Positions 32,252 through 45,003 of a stretch of DNA of 64,000 nt are shown here, piece by piece. The notes under the pieces were generated by a model. It was not told where the DNA came from. It saw only the letters and a list, made by a program, of their open reading frames with translations, and ran no database searches. The stretch is from the human T2T-CHM13v2.0 reference genome, Homo sapiens: assembly GCF_009914755.1 (NCBI RefSeq), contig NC_060945.1, one strand, 5' to 3'. The position numbers and the translations under genes were made by a program. Each line of letters opens with the position of its first letter. Position 1 is the stretch's first letter.

Positions 32252-34143
32252 GGAGAGACAGAGAGAGAATGGGACTTCTTTTCCGATTTACATGTCTTTT
32301 ATTTCTTTCTGTTGCCTGATTGTTCTGGGTAGGTCTTTCACTCCTATATTATATAGGAGTGATGAGAGTAGGCATCCTTATCTTTTTCCTGTTTTAAAGG
32401 GAATGCTTCCAGCTTTTGCCTGTTCAGTATGATGTTGGCTGTGGGTTTGTTATAGATGGTGCTAATTATTTTGAGGTATATTCCTTTGATGCATAGTTTG
32501 TTGAGGGTTTTTAACATGAAAGGATAATGGACTTTATGAAAACCTTTCTCTACATTTGCAGAAATAATCTTATGGTTTTGTTATAAATTCTGCTTATGCG
32601 AAGATCACATTCATTGATTTGCATATATTGAACCAAACTTGCATCCCAGGAATAAGCCCTACTTGATTGTGGTGTATTACCTTTTTGATGTGCTGCTGGA
32701 TTCGGTTTGCTACAATTTTGTTGAGGATTTTCAAATCTATGTTCGTCAGGGACATTGGCCTGTAGTTTTCATTTTTTCTTGTGTCTTTGCCAGTTGTTGA
32801 TATCAGGGTAATGCTGGTTTTGTTGAGTAAGTTAAGTAAGGGTTGATCTTCCTCAAATTCTTGGAGTACTTTTAGTATAATTAGTACCAGCTCTCCTCTG
32901 TGTGTCTGGTCTAATTCGGGTGTGAATCCACTCATACAGGATTTTTTTTTTTGGTTGGTAGTCTTTCTTGACTGACTCAATTGTGGAATTCTATTGTTCT
33001 GTTCAGGACTTCAATTTCTTCTTGATTCAATATTTGGAGATTGGTTTTTCTATAAATTTATTCATTTCCTCCATAGTTTCTAGTTTGTGTGTCTAGAGGT
33101 GTTCATAATAGTCTGAGAATCTTTTGTATTTCTGTGTGATCAGTTGTAATATCACCTTTGTCATTTCTGATTGTGCTTATTAGATTCTCTCTTTTGGTTA
33201 ATCTAGCTAGCAGTTTATCATTGTTGTTTATCCTTTAAAAAATCAACTTTTAATTTGCTTATCCTTTGTAAGAGTTTTTGGGTCTCATTTTAGTTCAGTT
33301 TTGCTATCTTATTTATTTCTATTGTCCTGGTAGCTTTGGGGTTATTTTGGTTTTGTTTTTCTAGTTCCTTTAGGTGTGATGTTAGATTGCTAATTTGAGA
33401 TCTTTCTAAATTTTTGACAAATGCATTTACAGCTATAAATTATCCTGTTAACATTTTGCTACATCCCAGAGATTTTGGTATATTTCTGTATCTGTTTTCA
33501 TTTGTTTCCATTTTTTAAAAATTTCTACCCTGATTTTGTTATTTACCCAGAAGTCATTCAGGATTAGTTTGTTAAATTTCCAACTAATTGTGTGGTTTTA
33601 AGAGATCTTCTTAGAATTCATTTCTATTTTTATTCTACTGTCATTTGAGAGTATGGTTGCCATGATTTCAATTTTAAAATTTCATTAAGATTTTATGTCC
33701 AAGAATGTGGTCAATCTTATAATATGTACTCTATGCAGATTAGAAGAATGTGTATTCTTGGTTGTGTATATATGTGTATATATGGTTGATGGGTGGAATA
33801 TTCTATAGATGTCTATTAGGTCGAATTGGTCAAATATTGAATTTAAGTTCAAAATTTATGTTGGTTTTCTCTCTTGGTGATTCCTCTAATGCTGTCAGTG
33901 GAGTATTGAAGTCCCTCACTATTCTTGTGTGGCTAAGTATTTTCATAGGTCCAGAAGTACTTGTTTTATAAATCCAGGGGCTCTAATGTTGGGTACATAT
34001 ATATTTAGGACCCCTAAGACTTCAATCTTTCTCCACCCCTTTACTTTGAGCCTATAAATGTTGTTACATATGGGATGGGTCTCTTGATGACAACAGACAG
34101 TTCGGTCCTTTATTAAATCCAGCTTGTCACTCTGTTCCTTTTA

Positions 34144-34491
<348 letters not shown>

Positions 34492-36029
34492 TTGATATGT
34501 GAGGTTTTGATCACCTTATGGGTTTCTTAGCACGTTGCTTTTCAGTTTCCATTGTGTAGTTGCTTTATAGAGTTTGTGGATTATGTACTTATATGTGGGG
34601 AGATTTTTTTGGTAGCGGGTATTGTTCTTTTGTTTCCACATTTATAACTCCCTTGAAGATGACTTATAAGGTTGGTTTAATGGTAAAAAAAAATCCTTTT
34701 GCAATTGTTTGTTGGAAAAGATTTTATTCCTTTTTTACTTGTGAAGCTTAGTTTGACAGCTTCATTCTTGGTTGGAATTTCTTATTCTTTTTCCTTTTTT
34801 TTTTTTTAAGAATGCTGAAACTAGGCCCCCATCTCTTCTGGTTTCTCCTAAGAAGTCTACTTTTAGCCTGATGGGGTTTCCTTGGTATATGACCTGACCT
34901 TATTCTCTAACTTTAAGATTTTTTCTTTAGCACTGACCTTGGAAAGTCTCAGTGACTATATGTCTCGGTGTTGTTTATTTTGTATATTATCTCACTGATG
35001 TTCTCTGCATTTGTTATATCTGAATCTCTATCTCTCTAGCAAGATTAGAGAAATTTTTTTATTTATCCCTCAAATAAAATGTGTTTTTCATGTTGTTTAC
35101 TTTTCCTCCTTTCTCAGGAATGCCAGTAATATACAGTTTTTTTGTTTGTTTGTTTGCATGATCCCATATTTCTCAAACACCTTGTCCCTTTCTTTAATTA
35201 TTTTTAAAATTTTTATCTAACCAAATTACTTCCAAAGACCAGTCTTCAAGCACTGAAATCATTTCTTCTGCTTAGTCTTGTATATTGATACAGCTTTCAA
35301 TTGAATTTTGAAATATCTTAAGTGAGTTTTTCAATTCCAGAAGCTCTGATTGATTTATTTCCAGATATTTAGCTCTTCCTTAATTTCCTGGATTGCTTTA
35401 GCAGTTCCTTTCTGTTGATTTTTAACATTTTCCTGAATCTTATTGAGCTTCTTTGCTTTGAATTCTTTGTCTACCATGTCTGAATTTCTGTTTTGGTATA
35501 GGACCATTGTAGGAGAGCTAGTATGATCCCATGGTGGTGTCACAGCATTCAGATTTTACATGGTGCTGGTCTCTTCCCATCTGGAGATGCTGGCACTTCT
35601 AGGTTTTGTAATTGTTTTTATGGATATGTCATTTTTCTTCTTTTTTTCTTTCCCTATCTTATTATTATTTTTCTACCTCTACCTCTTTCCTAGAGGATAT
35701 GACTGCACAGAATGTCGGATGGGATCTTTTGGCTTTGCTTCTATATCTCTATGCACTTATGTTGGCTGGTTTTATATTGGGCTGTATGGTTCAAACTACA
35801 GACTACCAGATTGAGCCGATGGGTAAGAGTCAACTGTGGCCAATGCAAATGGGTAAACATATAGTCATTGTTTACTGGGAGAAAGTCTCGTTGCTGCAGG
35901 CAATGAGCTAATCCATGGAATGCACAGTGGTCTGAGTTCCCTGCTTATCCCTGTAAGGTGGGGACCCATATGGGCAAGGCCAGACTGGCCATGCCCACCT
36001 ACAGATGGGCCCCATCGGATCACAATCTC

Positions 36030-36621
36030 TGCACAGGAGGGATGGGCAACTTAGGCTGCTGGTTCAGGTGTACAAGTGTTCTGAATGCCTGGAGCTCTAT
36101 CTGAGTGTTGAGTGGGGAGGACCTCACTGCACCACAATCTATGGAAAGGAGGATTAAGGTGGAAAGGAGGGGTAAGCCTGGGCATGGAGCAGAAAAGGCC
36201 CCACTGCATCTGGTTCTTAGAGAAGCAGGCTGTGACACACAGGAATGTCACACACAGGCTAGTTCCTCCCTGTGTGAGGGAGTGTTTTGACTGCCTGAAG
36301 ATCTGCCTGGGCATGGAGCAGGGAGGGCCACGCCAGTCCCCCATCTATGTGCAGGAATGGTGGGGTGGCTCAGGCTGCTGATCCTGGAGAGCAAGTGCTC
36401 TGAATGCCTGAATATCTGCCTAGGTGCAGAAGAGAGAGGGTCCTGCTGCACCCTAGTTTATGCACCAGAAGAGTGGGACAGCTTAAGCTTTTAATTCATG
36501 TGAAAAGGCACTCTTAGTGTCTGGACATATGCCTGGGCATGGAGCAGAGAGGGCCCCACTGAACCAGGTTCTTCGAGAGGCAGGCTGAGACAGCCAGGAA
36601 TGTCACACACAGACTAGTTCC
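36030..36621. repeat. Degenerate ~113-bp tandem monomer array within the L1 5'UTR
   Basis: Anchor gcctgggcatggagcag (or variant) at 36176, 36305, 36418, 36531; 91-bp direct repeat 36176-36266 vs 36531-36621. Confidence 0.8.
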
Positions 36622-37656
36622 AGGTTGCCCAGTTGGCCTTAGCTACAAATCTCAACACCCAGGAGAAACTATGGCAGCAATGGCTCTCCTGTTCCACATG
36701 TGATGAGAGAGAGCACCATTTCAGTGCGTACACCTGGAGCACTTTCCACACTTGTCACTTAATTCTGGTTGTGGAAGCTACTAGCCAGCTCTGTAGCAAG
36801 TGCTGTAATTCCTGGACTAATACTAAAACACTTGCACAGACACACTGCTGGGCTGCCAAAGAAAGACTGACTGTGTACAAGCCCACATCAAACCTGGCAT
36901 CCTGCTGTCTGCACAGGACTGGGAAAATGCCTGCAGGTATTCACAGTGTCTTTCTCTTGAGTCTCCAAGCCTTTCCCCAAATTAGCTCCAAAACCGAGAA
37001 AAAGAAAAGTATAAACTGTACTCCCTTGGCCTGTGTTGCATGAATCCCTAGTGGAAAAGTGAGTCACAGAGAGAGATTAGTTTTTCTACTTTTTTTCATG
37101 TAGGCACTTAGAGCTATATATTGATGCTTTCTTCTTAGTGCTGCTTTTGCTGTATCCTGTTAATTTTAGTAAGTTGTGTATCCATTTTCATTTGTTTCAG
37201 GAAATTTTGTATGTCCTTCTTAATTTTTTCATCGACCATCATCCTTCTTCATTTTTTCACTGGTCTTCCAGGAGCATATTGTTTAATTTCCATGTTTTTG
37301 TATAGTTTCCAAAGTTCTTATTTATTTTTAGCTTTATTTTATTGTAGGTAGAGGAGATACCTGATGTGATTTCATTTTTTTTCTTTTTTTTTTTTTTTTT
37401 ACTTTTTTAAGACTTATTTTTTGGGCTAATATATGGTATCTCCAGAAGAATAATGCATGTGCTGAGGAAAATAATGTAGGCATTGAATGAAATGCTCTGT
37501 AAATATCTATTAGGTCCATTTGCTCCATAATGCAGATTCAGTTGGATGTTTCTTTGTTGATTTTCTGTCTGGAAGACCTGTCCAATGTTGAAAGTGGGGC
37601 ATCAAAGTCTCTAGCTAGTAGTGTAGCCTTGAATTTGTATGACATGACTGGCTGAC

Positions 37657-38029
37657 TATATTAGTCTGCTCTTGCATTACTATAAAAATACCTGATACTG
37701 GGTTATTTATAAAGAAAAGATGTTTAATTGGCTCATGATTCCAAAGGCTCTACAGGAAGCATGATGCTGGCATTTGGTCCATCTTTTGGAAAGGCCTCAG
37801 AAAACTTTCAATCATGGCAAAATGTGAAGGGGAAGCAGGCATGTCACCCATGGCCAGAGCAGGAGGAAGAGAGATGGGGCATGTGCTACACACTTTTAAA
37901 CAACCAGATCTTGTGAGACCTCACACACTATACAGTATCAACGTCGGGGGATGGTGGTAAATCATTCATGAAGAATCCACTCCCATGACTCAATCACTTC
38001 TCACCAGCCCCATCTCCAACATTGGTGAT
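37657..38029 (-). mobile_element. MSTA-like LTR (end missing)
   Basis: tatattagtc...tacaggaagcatgatgctggcat...caaccagatcttgtgag...ctccaacattgg. Confidence 0.85.
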
Positions 38030-38310
38030 TGCATTAGTTCATTCTTACACGGCTATAAAGACATACCTGAGACTGGGTGATTTATAAAAAAAAAAGAGGT
38101 TTAATCAACTCTCTTTTCTGTGGATTGTACAGTCTTCTGCTTCTGGGGAGGCCTTAGGAAAGTTATAATCATGGTGGAAGGCAAAGAGGAAGCAGACACA
38201 TCTTCACATGGCTAGCAAGAGACAGAGAAAGAGTGAAGGGGGAGGTGCTAGATACTTTCAAACAACCAGATCGCTGGATAATTCTAACATGAGACAGCAC
38301 TAGGGGTGAT
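38030..38310 (-). mobile_element. Second MSTA-like LTR fragment
   Basis: tgcattagttcattcttacac...acctgagactggg...caaccagatc; truncated at 38310. Confidence 0.8.
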
Positions 38311-38588
38311 AAGTTACTGCAGAACTGAATCTTTCCCTTTCAAGATAGCAAATTTCCTTCTTGGCCTAGGCTATGTCTAAAAATGTCATTTGGAAGGTAG
38401 GGACTAGAATGAGGACCTCAGGACTCTGCATGGTGCCCTGTCCTTCTGTGGCTGAGCTGGTGTTTGAGTTTCAAGACAAAGTCCTCTTTACTCTCTCTTC
38501 TCTCCTCAAGCAACAGGAAGGAGAATGTCCCAGAACTGTGAGCTCTGCTGCCAGGGGGTGGTGGAGGGGTGACACAAGCACTCCCTAA

Positions 38589-39005
<417 letters not shown>

Positions 39006-39494
39006 GCCTTTTATATTTATTTAGGATCCAGTGTGCTTTAGCACATGGTGTTGGGGCTTGCCAGAACTGAGGTTTCAACCACTTAGATGGACAATTTGCC
39101 TCTGGCTAGTGCTGGTTTAAATGCTGCCTCTGTGGGCTCTGACTGAATTCGGTCCAGTGTTGCTTTCCAGTATGTCAGGCAGCTGTGAGTTTCAATGCAA
39201 AGTCCCACAATCACTGCACTCTTTCTCCCCTAGCTCACAGATTCTCTGCCTGTGTCGTATGGCTATTGCCAGGGGATGAACGAGGGTTGCTCTTCGCAAT
39301 TCAAGACTGTCTTTCCTACCCTCTTCAGTGCCTCTTGATGTTAAAACCAGGTACTGTTATCGCTCATTTGATTTTTGGTTCTTATGAAGGTGGCGTTCTG
39401 TGTGAATAGTTGTTTAGTTTCGTGTTCCTGTAGGGGGAGGGATGGTCTTTAGAGGGAGTCTACTTAGCCATCTTGCTCTGCCTCCTCTCCAGAA

Positions 39495-40150
39495 TCTCTT
39501 TCTTAATCAAATGCAGTAACTTCCTACATTCCTCTGCTGTATCCAGTCTTATCTCCCATGAATCTGTTTATACCGTAGCAGAGAAAGTGATCTACCTTTT
39601 AAAAAACCTGACCATGTTGCTGTCACCAAAACATTCTATTGTTTTTTAGCTCCTCCTCATGTACAAATTCTCAAACTTCTTAACAATTTTCTTTCATAAC
39701 TTTGTACTTACTGATCTATGTCAACTTTTTTTTAATCCTAGCTTTGCACTTTATATTTAACCACGCAGAACTCTTGTGAGACTGAGCCCTTAGCCTATGA
39801 AATCTGTCGCTATCTCTGGATAGATACTTGTGTTGCTTCACCAATACTGTGATGTTTCTTGTCATAATTATTTACTCTGTTCTTTTCTTCCTGAAATGTC
39901 CTACAGTTTTCTTTAATCAACTTCTCTTTATCTTTTCTGTATCATATCTAGTACCACTTCACAATCCACATTTCTGGTTCTCTCTCTAATAACATCCCAA
40001 GAATTTCTCTAACACTGAACTTTGCTTCATAATAGTTATCTATGTGACTATAATTCTTGAAGAAAGAGACTGCCTCATCTCTGATTCTACATTGCTTTAT
40101 GCAGTTTGTGTTAATGGTATAAAGATAACAAATATTTATTAACTAAATGA
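39495..40150 (+). mobile_element. L2 remnant
   Basis: gcagagaaagtgatctacc...aaaacctgaccatgtt; 3' end acaaatatttattaactaaatga. Confidence 0.55.
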
Positions 40151-41099
40151 GTACAGTGTAAGCTGTTAAATTACTTGAGAAACAAAGTTGCTGATAATCT
40201 TTATGATCCTTATTTTCTTTTAATTATTTTTTCAAGTTTTGTCTCTTAATGCAGAGCTAATGAATACATGGAAATTCAACTCAAATCAAATTCAGATTTG
40301 AGATAATCAACAGTATGTTCTATTGCCAATTTTGCCCAAATGGTATATTATTCAGTTTCTCATAAATTGGCACCAAACTTACTTGTTACTTCACTTCCAA
40401 AAAATAATCTTAAACATCATATCAGGTAACTGTGGTTTGCTTATCCTTCATATTCAATAATTGGTCATGATTTCTTTTACCTCCTAAGAGATTAAACATC
40501 TAAATCTTCTCTGCAATGTTGTATATTTCTATAGTTCATTTCCAAATAATCAAATATCATCCTATTTCTTCAGTATCTGTCAAAATGTCATCTCTGCTTT
40601 TAGATTTACTAACTCAAATTCATCATCCACGTGATTTTTATTCTTATCTCTTTAAATGAAATTTAATGCTGTATGATTTTTCCTTTATTGAGCTTGGTGT
40701 CCAGAGATCTATAGGACTCTGGTGAGAGAGTGTTGGAAGTGAAGATTGAAGGTTGACTTTTTCAGAAGGGCCTCAATGAGTCTGGATTCAAAACAAGAAG
40801 TGAGCTACTTCTTCATTGATAGGATGGTTGGAAGTAAAACAATATCTGAGAGCAGAAAGCCCTCTTCTATTTTTCTAGCTCAGTAGCGGTGAGAGTCTTT
40901 CATCTGTAGCCTCCCAGGGAAGGAGTCCCATGTACCTCTAAGATCCTGAGGGTTCTGGCTATGAAACATATGTAAACATTAAAATCAAAGTCTAGATTCA
41001 TTGACATAATGAAATTGCAGCTTTTCTGATAGGCCTCAGGAAGAAGAGAGAGAAAAATAAGATGGAAAATTTGAAGCACATGGCAAGGGAAAAAAGCTG

Positions 41100-41450
41100 C
41101 TGAAAGAGACAGATGGACACCTGATTTGTTTTAAGCATTTAGGAAGATGCACTCAGAAATTAGATTAGATGAGAGAAAATTAAGACCAACTTTAATGACT
41201 TAACAGGTTTAGGAAAATTTGGAGGAAAAGAATAGGAGCTTCAAAGGGGGCAAAGGGGACAGATGGAGGATCAGAAATAACAAAACAATTGATTGAAGAA
41301 AATTTGAACTAAATGAAGAACTGTGTTTTCATATTGAGAATACTCACTGGGTCAGTCCTAGGCTGCACTAATGAGAAAAAATTTCTAACTGGGCAAAGCC
41401 TGATAGAATTAATGATAAAGAAAAAAATTTTAACTGTATATGTAAGCATA
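41100..41450 (+). mobile_element. Old L1/HAL1 ORF1-like fragment
   Basis: A-rich aataggagcttcaaag...gaagaaaattt...atattgagaatactcactg. Confidence 0.4.
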
Positions 41451-41591
41451 AGTCATCAGTAAATAAATATATTTGCATTACCAGTGGTTATAAAATATCA
41501 CTTACTCAAGATATTATTTGCATCTCAGATGCAGAAAGGTATTTGAAGATATGCAATAATTCAAAAGCGTATTACGTAAGTATCCCATCTA

Positions 41592-41596
41592 TGTAA

Positions 41597-41652
<56 letters not shown>

Positions 41653-42552
41653 CTGCCCCCACTTCCTGGCACAGATGGCACAGAACTTCAAAAACTCTTG
41701 TAGTTTCCTCAGTGTTATGCGTTTTAATCTTTGGTTTTAATATTTGTTCTCTGTACCAGTTCCTGACACAGAGCTCCTACATCCCTTGGAATTTCCTGGG
41801 TGATAAGGGCATCTTTTGCTCAAATGAGATGACCCTTGGTGGGCTCCTGAATGGAGATTAGTCACCAAAAGACTAACCCATGATAATAAGCTCAGAGCTT
41901 TCAGCCACACTTCCCATTGTTTAGAGCAGGGAGAGGGACTAGAAATGGAGTTAACAATCAATCCTACCTTCATGACAAAGCCTCTACAGAAATCCCTGAA
42001 CTTTGGGGGTTAGGAGAGCTTCAGGGTGAATGACCACATTCATGTGCCAGAAAAGTGGCATGCTCCAACTCCATAGAAACAGAAGCTCCTCCACTTGGAA
42101 CCCTTTCAGACTTCACCCTATGTATTCCTTCATCTGGCGGTTCATCCATATCTTTTATTATCTCCTTTATTAATAAACCAGTAAACATAAAGAAGTGTTT
42201 TCCTGAGTTCTGGGAGATGCTCTAGCAAATTATCCCCCAAAAGGGATTATGGGAACCCTGATTTATAGCCAATTAGGTAGAAGCACAAGTCACAACCTAT
42301 GACTTGTGATTAACATCTGTAGTAGGGGGCACTCCTGTGGGACTGAGCCCTTAGCCTATAAGATCTGTCACTATCTCTGGATCGATCGTGTCAGAATGGA
42401 ATTTAATTAAAGGGCATCCAGCTGGTGCTGGGGAATTACTAGGTCAGTGTTGGGGGGCAACTCACCACATCTTGGTGACTAGAGGTGAATGAAATATTCT
42501 GTGTTGATTGTGTAAGAGTAGAGAAAATACTTTGGTTTTTCCTATCTCTATT
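41592..42552 (+). mobile_element. MER21B/C-type LTR
   Basis: cagttcctgacacagagctcc...cccttggaatttcctgggtgata, cagaagctcc, ttcatctggc, AATAAA ~42172, gggactgagccct, gtgtcagaat. Confidence 0.85.
41606..41652. repeat. (TCTA)n microsatellite
   Basis: Direct inspection. Confidence 0.9.
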
Positions 42553-42907
42553 ATTACCTAAGCAAATAAAAAGGAATAGCACCAAACCAAAACTGAGACC
42601 TCAAAATGTGGCAATGAAGAGAAGATGGAATAATAGTATAAATATTTATATAAATAAATTGATAGATAGATGTAGCTATAGATGTAGACAAATAAATTTT
42701 GTGTCTGTATTATATACATATTGTAGAATAAATTATTAGTGGTTAAGTGCATACTTTCTGGTCTGATTTGAGTATTACATAAGATTCACAGAAAGCACAC
42801 GTTGTCAGGATAATGCTAATAAAAACTACACTATTTCAGCCAAGATTCAAGGTAGGCAAAATTCAAGAAAATTTTGTATATTGATACCTGAATAACTTAA
42901 AGAAGGT

Positions 42908-43050
42908 AGATTGTTTGTAACTCAAAGGATAAATGATTGAGGGAATCGATACTCCATTCTCCATGATGTGTTTATTTCACATTGTGTCCCTGTATCAAAA
43001 CATCTCATCTACCCTATAAATATCTACACCTACTATGTACCCACATTTTC
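42908..43050 (+). mobile_element. L1MA1/2-type 3' terminal fragment
   Basis: gattgtttgtaactcaaaggataaatg...cctgtatcaaaacatctcat...cctactatgtacccaca. Confidence 0.8.
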
Positions 43051-44831
43051 AAAAGTATATTAAAGTTTTAGATGAAACAGCTGAATTTATAGTTTGATAT
43101 GCTCCATTTATGGCAATTTTAACATTCTCTTCAATAAATGAATGTATTTCAGTTAAAGAAAGAATTAATTCTACATTAAAGCCGATAGGAAGTAGAGATT
43201 CAAGTAAAATATTTCAGATACTGAGTAAATAAAAAACAGATACATACTATAAAATATGTGAACCTAGAAAAGTCAGACGAGCAAAAAATTGAGAGTTATA
43301 GGAATACAATAGCTTATTTTAATAAATTATAACACACAATGATAAGATCACCCACTTTATAGTTACAAAGTCAGAAACTAGTACACCTGTATGGAAATGG
43401 AATATAGAAATGTTGATCTTAATAGGTGGCTTAAAAAATACATCAGCATAGGAATTATTATTCCTATTCTATTAGCGTAAGAATTAGTACTTGAGTTATC
43501 AAAAATATGTTGGAGGCACTTATTGGCATTGTTGAATCCAATATGATTCCGCCCTGGAATACTGGGTGGAAAATTTGTACATTTTTGAAAAAGATATGTA
43601 ATTAAAGATTTGCAGCAGAAAATGTCATTAAAATTTTTAAGCTAAAAAATACAGGAAGGAAAAAATAAGGAAGGTAAAAAAAAGGAAGGAAAGAAAAAGA
43701 ATAAGAAAGCAAGGACTCAATTGACCGATCAACAAGACTCTCTTGTTGGATTAAAGTCTTAACACCCTATAATGTAATATTCAAAAAACAAGTTTTTTTC
43801 AATTAAAAAGAAATAACAAGCATCTTCAAAACAATGACATGTGGAGTAGGAAAAAATAATAAAAAGCAACATTGAAGATTATAAATCAACAAAAAGGGTA
43901 AAGAGAAACATCATATATTAATAAAATGTAGCAGGCATAAAAATGTTGTGTTCCTAATTATATTTGTGTGAAATATAATAACAGATAAATACATTGAAAA
44001 AAGTAGAAATAGAGAAAGATTTCAATATGACTTAACACTTGTATCTTACAAGAAAATAATGGCAAATATTTATTGAGTAAAGCAATCAATACACATGATT
44101 TAATAAATAATAGTTTCATAGAACAATAAATCTATATGCACCAGTTGTAAGCATATATATGTTTTCATATGTCCATATAACATTTGTATTCTTCAGCTGT
44201 CATTCCTCCACTCAAAGCAACATTTTTAAAACAGATTGAAGATGGATTACTAGTTTATAAGATTACATTAGACAAAAAGTGTTTTATGTTTAAATTAGCT
44301 TCAAGAGTATTTGTACACATTTTATATCCTCTCCTGGAATTGCCCTATATATATGTGTGTGTAAATATATAAAATATGATTTTATACATTCAACATATAT
44401 ATTTAATGTATATTTTGTGCATATATATTGAATGTGTATATATATATAGTGTGTGTGTATATATATAAAAATTACTTTCTTTTCTATTTTCATAATGGTT
44501 AAGACATCTAGTTTCTTATCTCAGGCTACTTAGTCTCTCTCCTTATACTCATCCTCTTTCCCAGAATTTTTTAGCTCTTCTAACTACTACTCGTGAGTTT
44601 TGAGATCTAAAAGCTAGTGAGTATGGATCAATGAAAATCTGTTATCTATTCCAGAAAATCAGTTATAAATCATGCCAATAAAAACAGATTAACAATGCAA
44701 ATTTTATCTACTGTACAGAAAACATTCCTGTAGCTTTACATTTAAATGTGTATATAGTAAATTTTACCATATTTCTAAGAAAATACACCGTTACAACCAA
44801 CTGAGGTATCCAGCACCATATTCAACAGATA

Positions 44832-45003
44832 TTTTTCTTTTCTTTTTTTTTTCTTTGAAACAGAGCCTCCCTCTGGTGCCCAGGCTGGAGTGCAATGGTG
44901 TGATCTTGGCTCACTACAACCTCCACCTCCTGGGTTCAAGCAATTCTCATGTCTCAGCCTCCCAAGTAGCTGAGATTACAGGCGTGAGCCACTGCATCCA
45001 GCC
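44832..45003 (-). mobile_element. Alu hybrid monomer (right-arm body joined to left-arm 5' end)
   Basis: Right-arm sequence up to gtagctgagattacaggc, then left-arm gtgagccactgcatccagcc; no TSD seen. Confidence 0.8.

Noticed and set aside
36030-36621. CRISPR-like repeat-spacer array
   Set aside because: The units are degenerate and the spacers are homologous to each other; primate L1 5'UTR context with no cas genes.
35560-37043. Cluster of overlapping ORFs on both strands
   Set aside because: Explained by the higher GC content of the L1 5'UTR.
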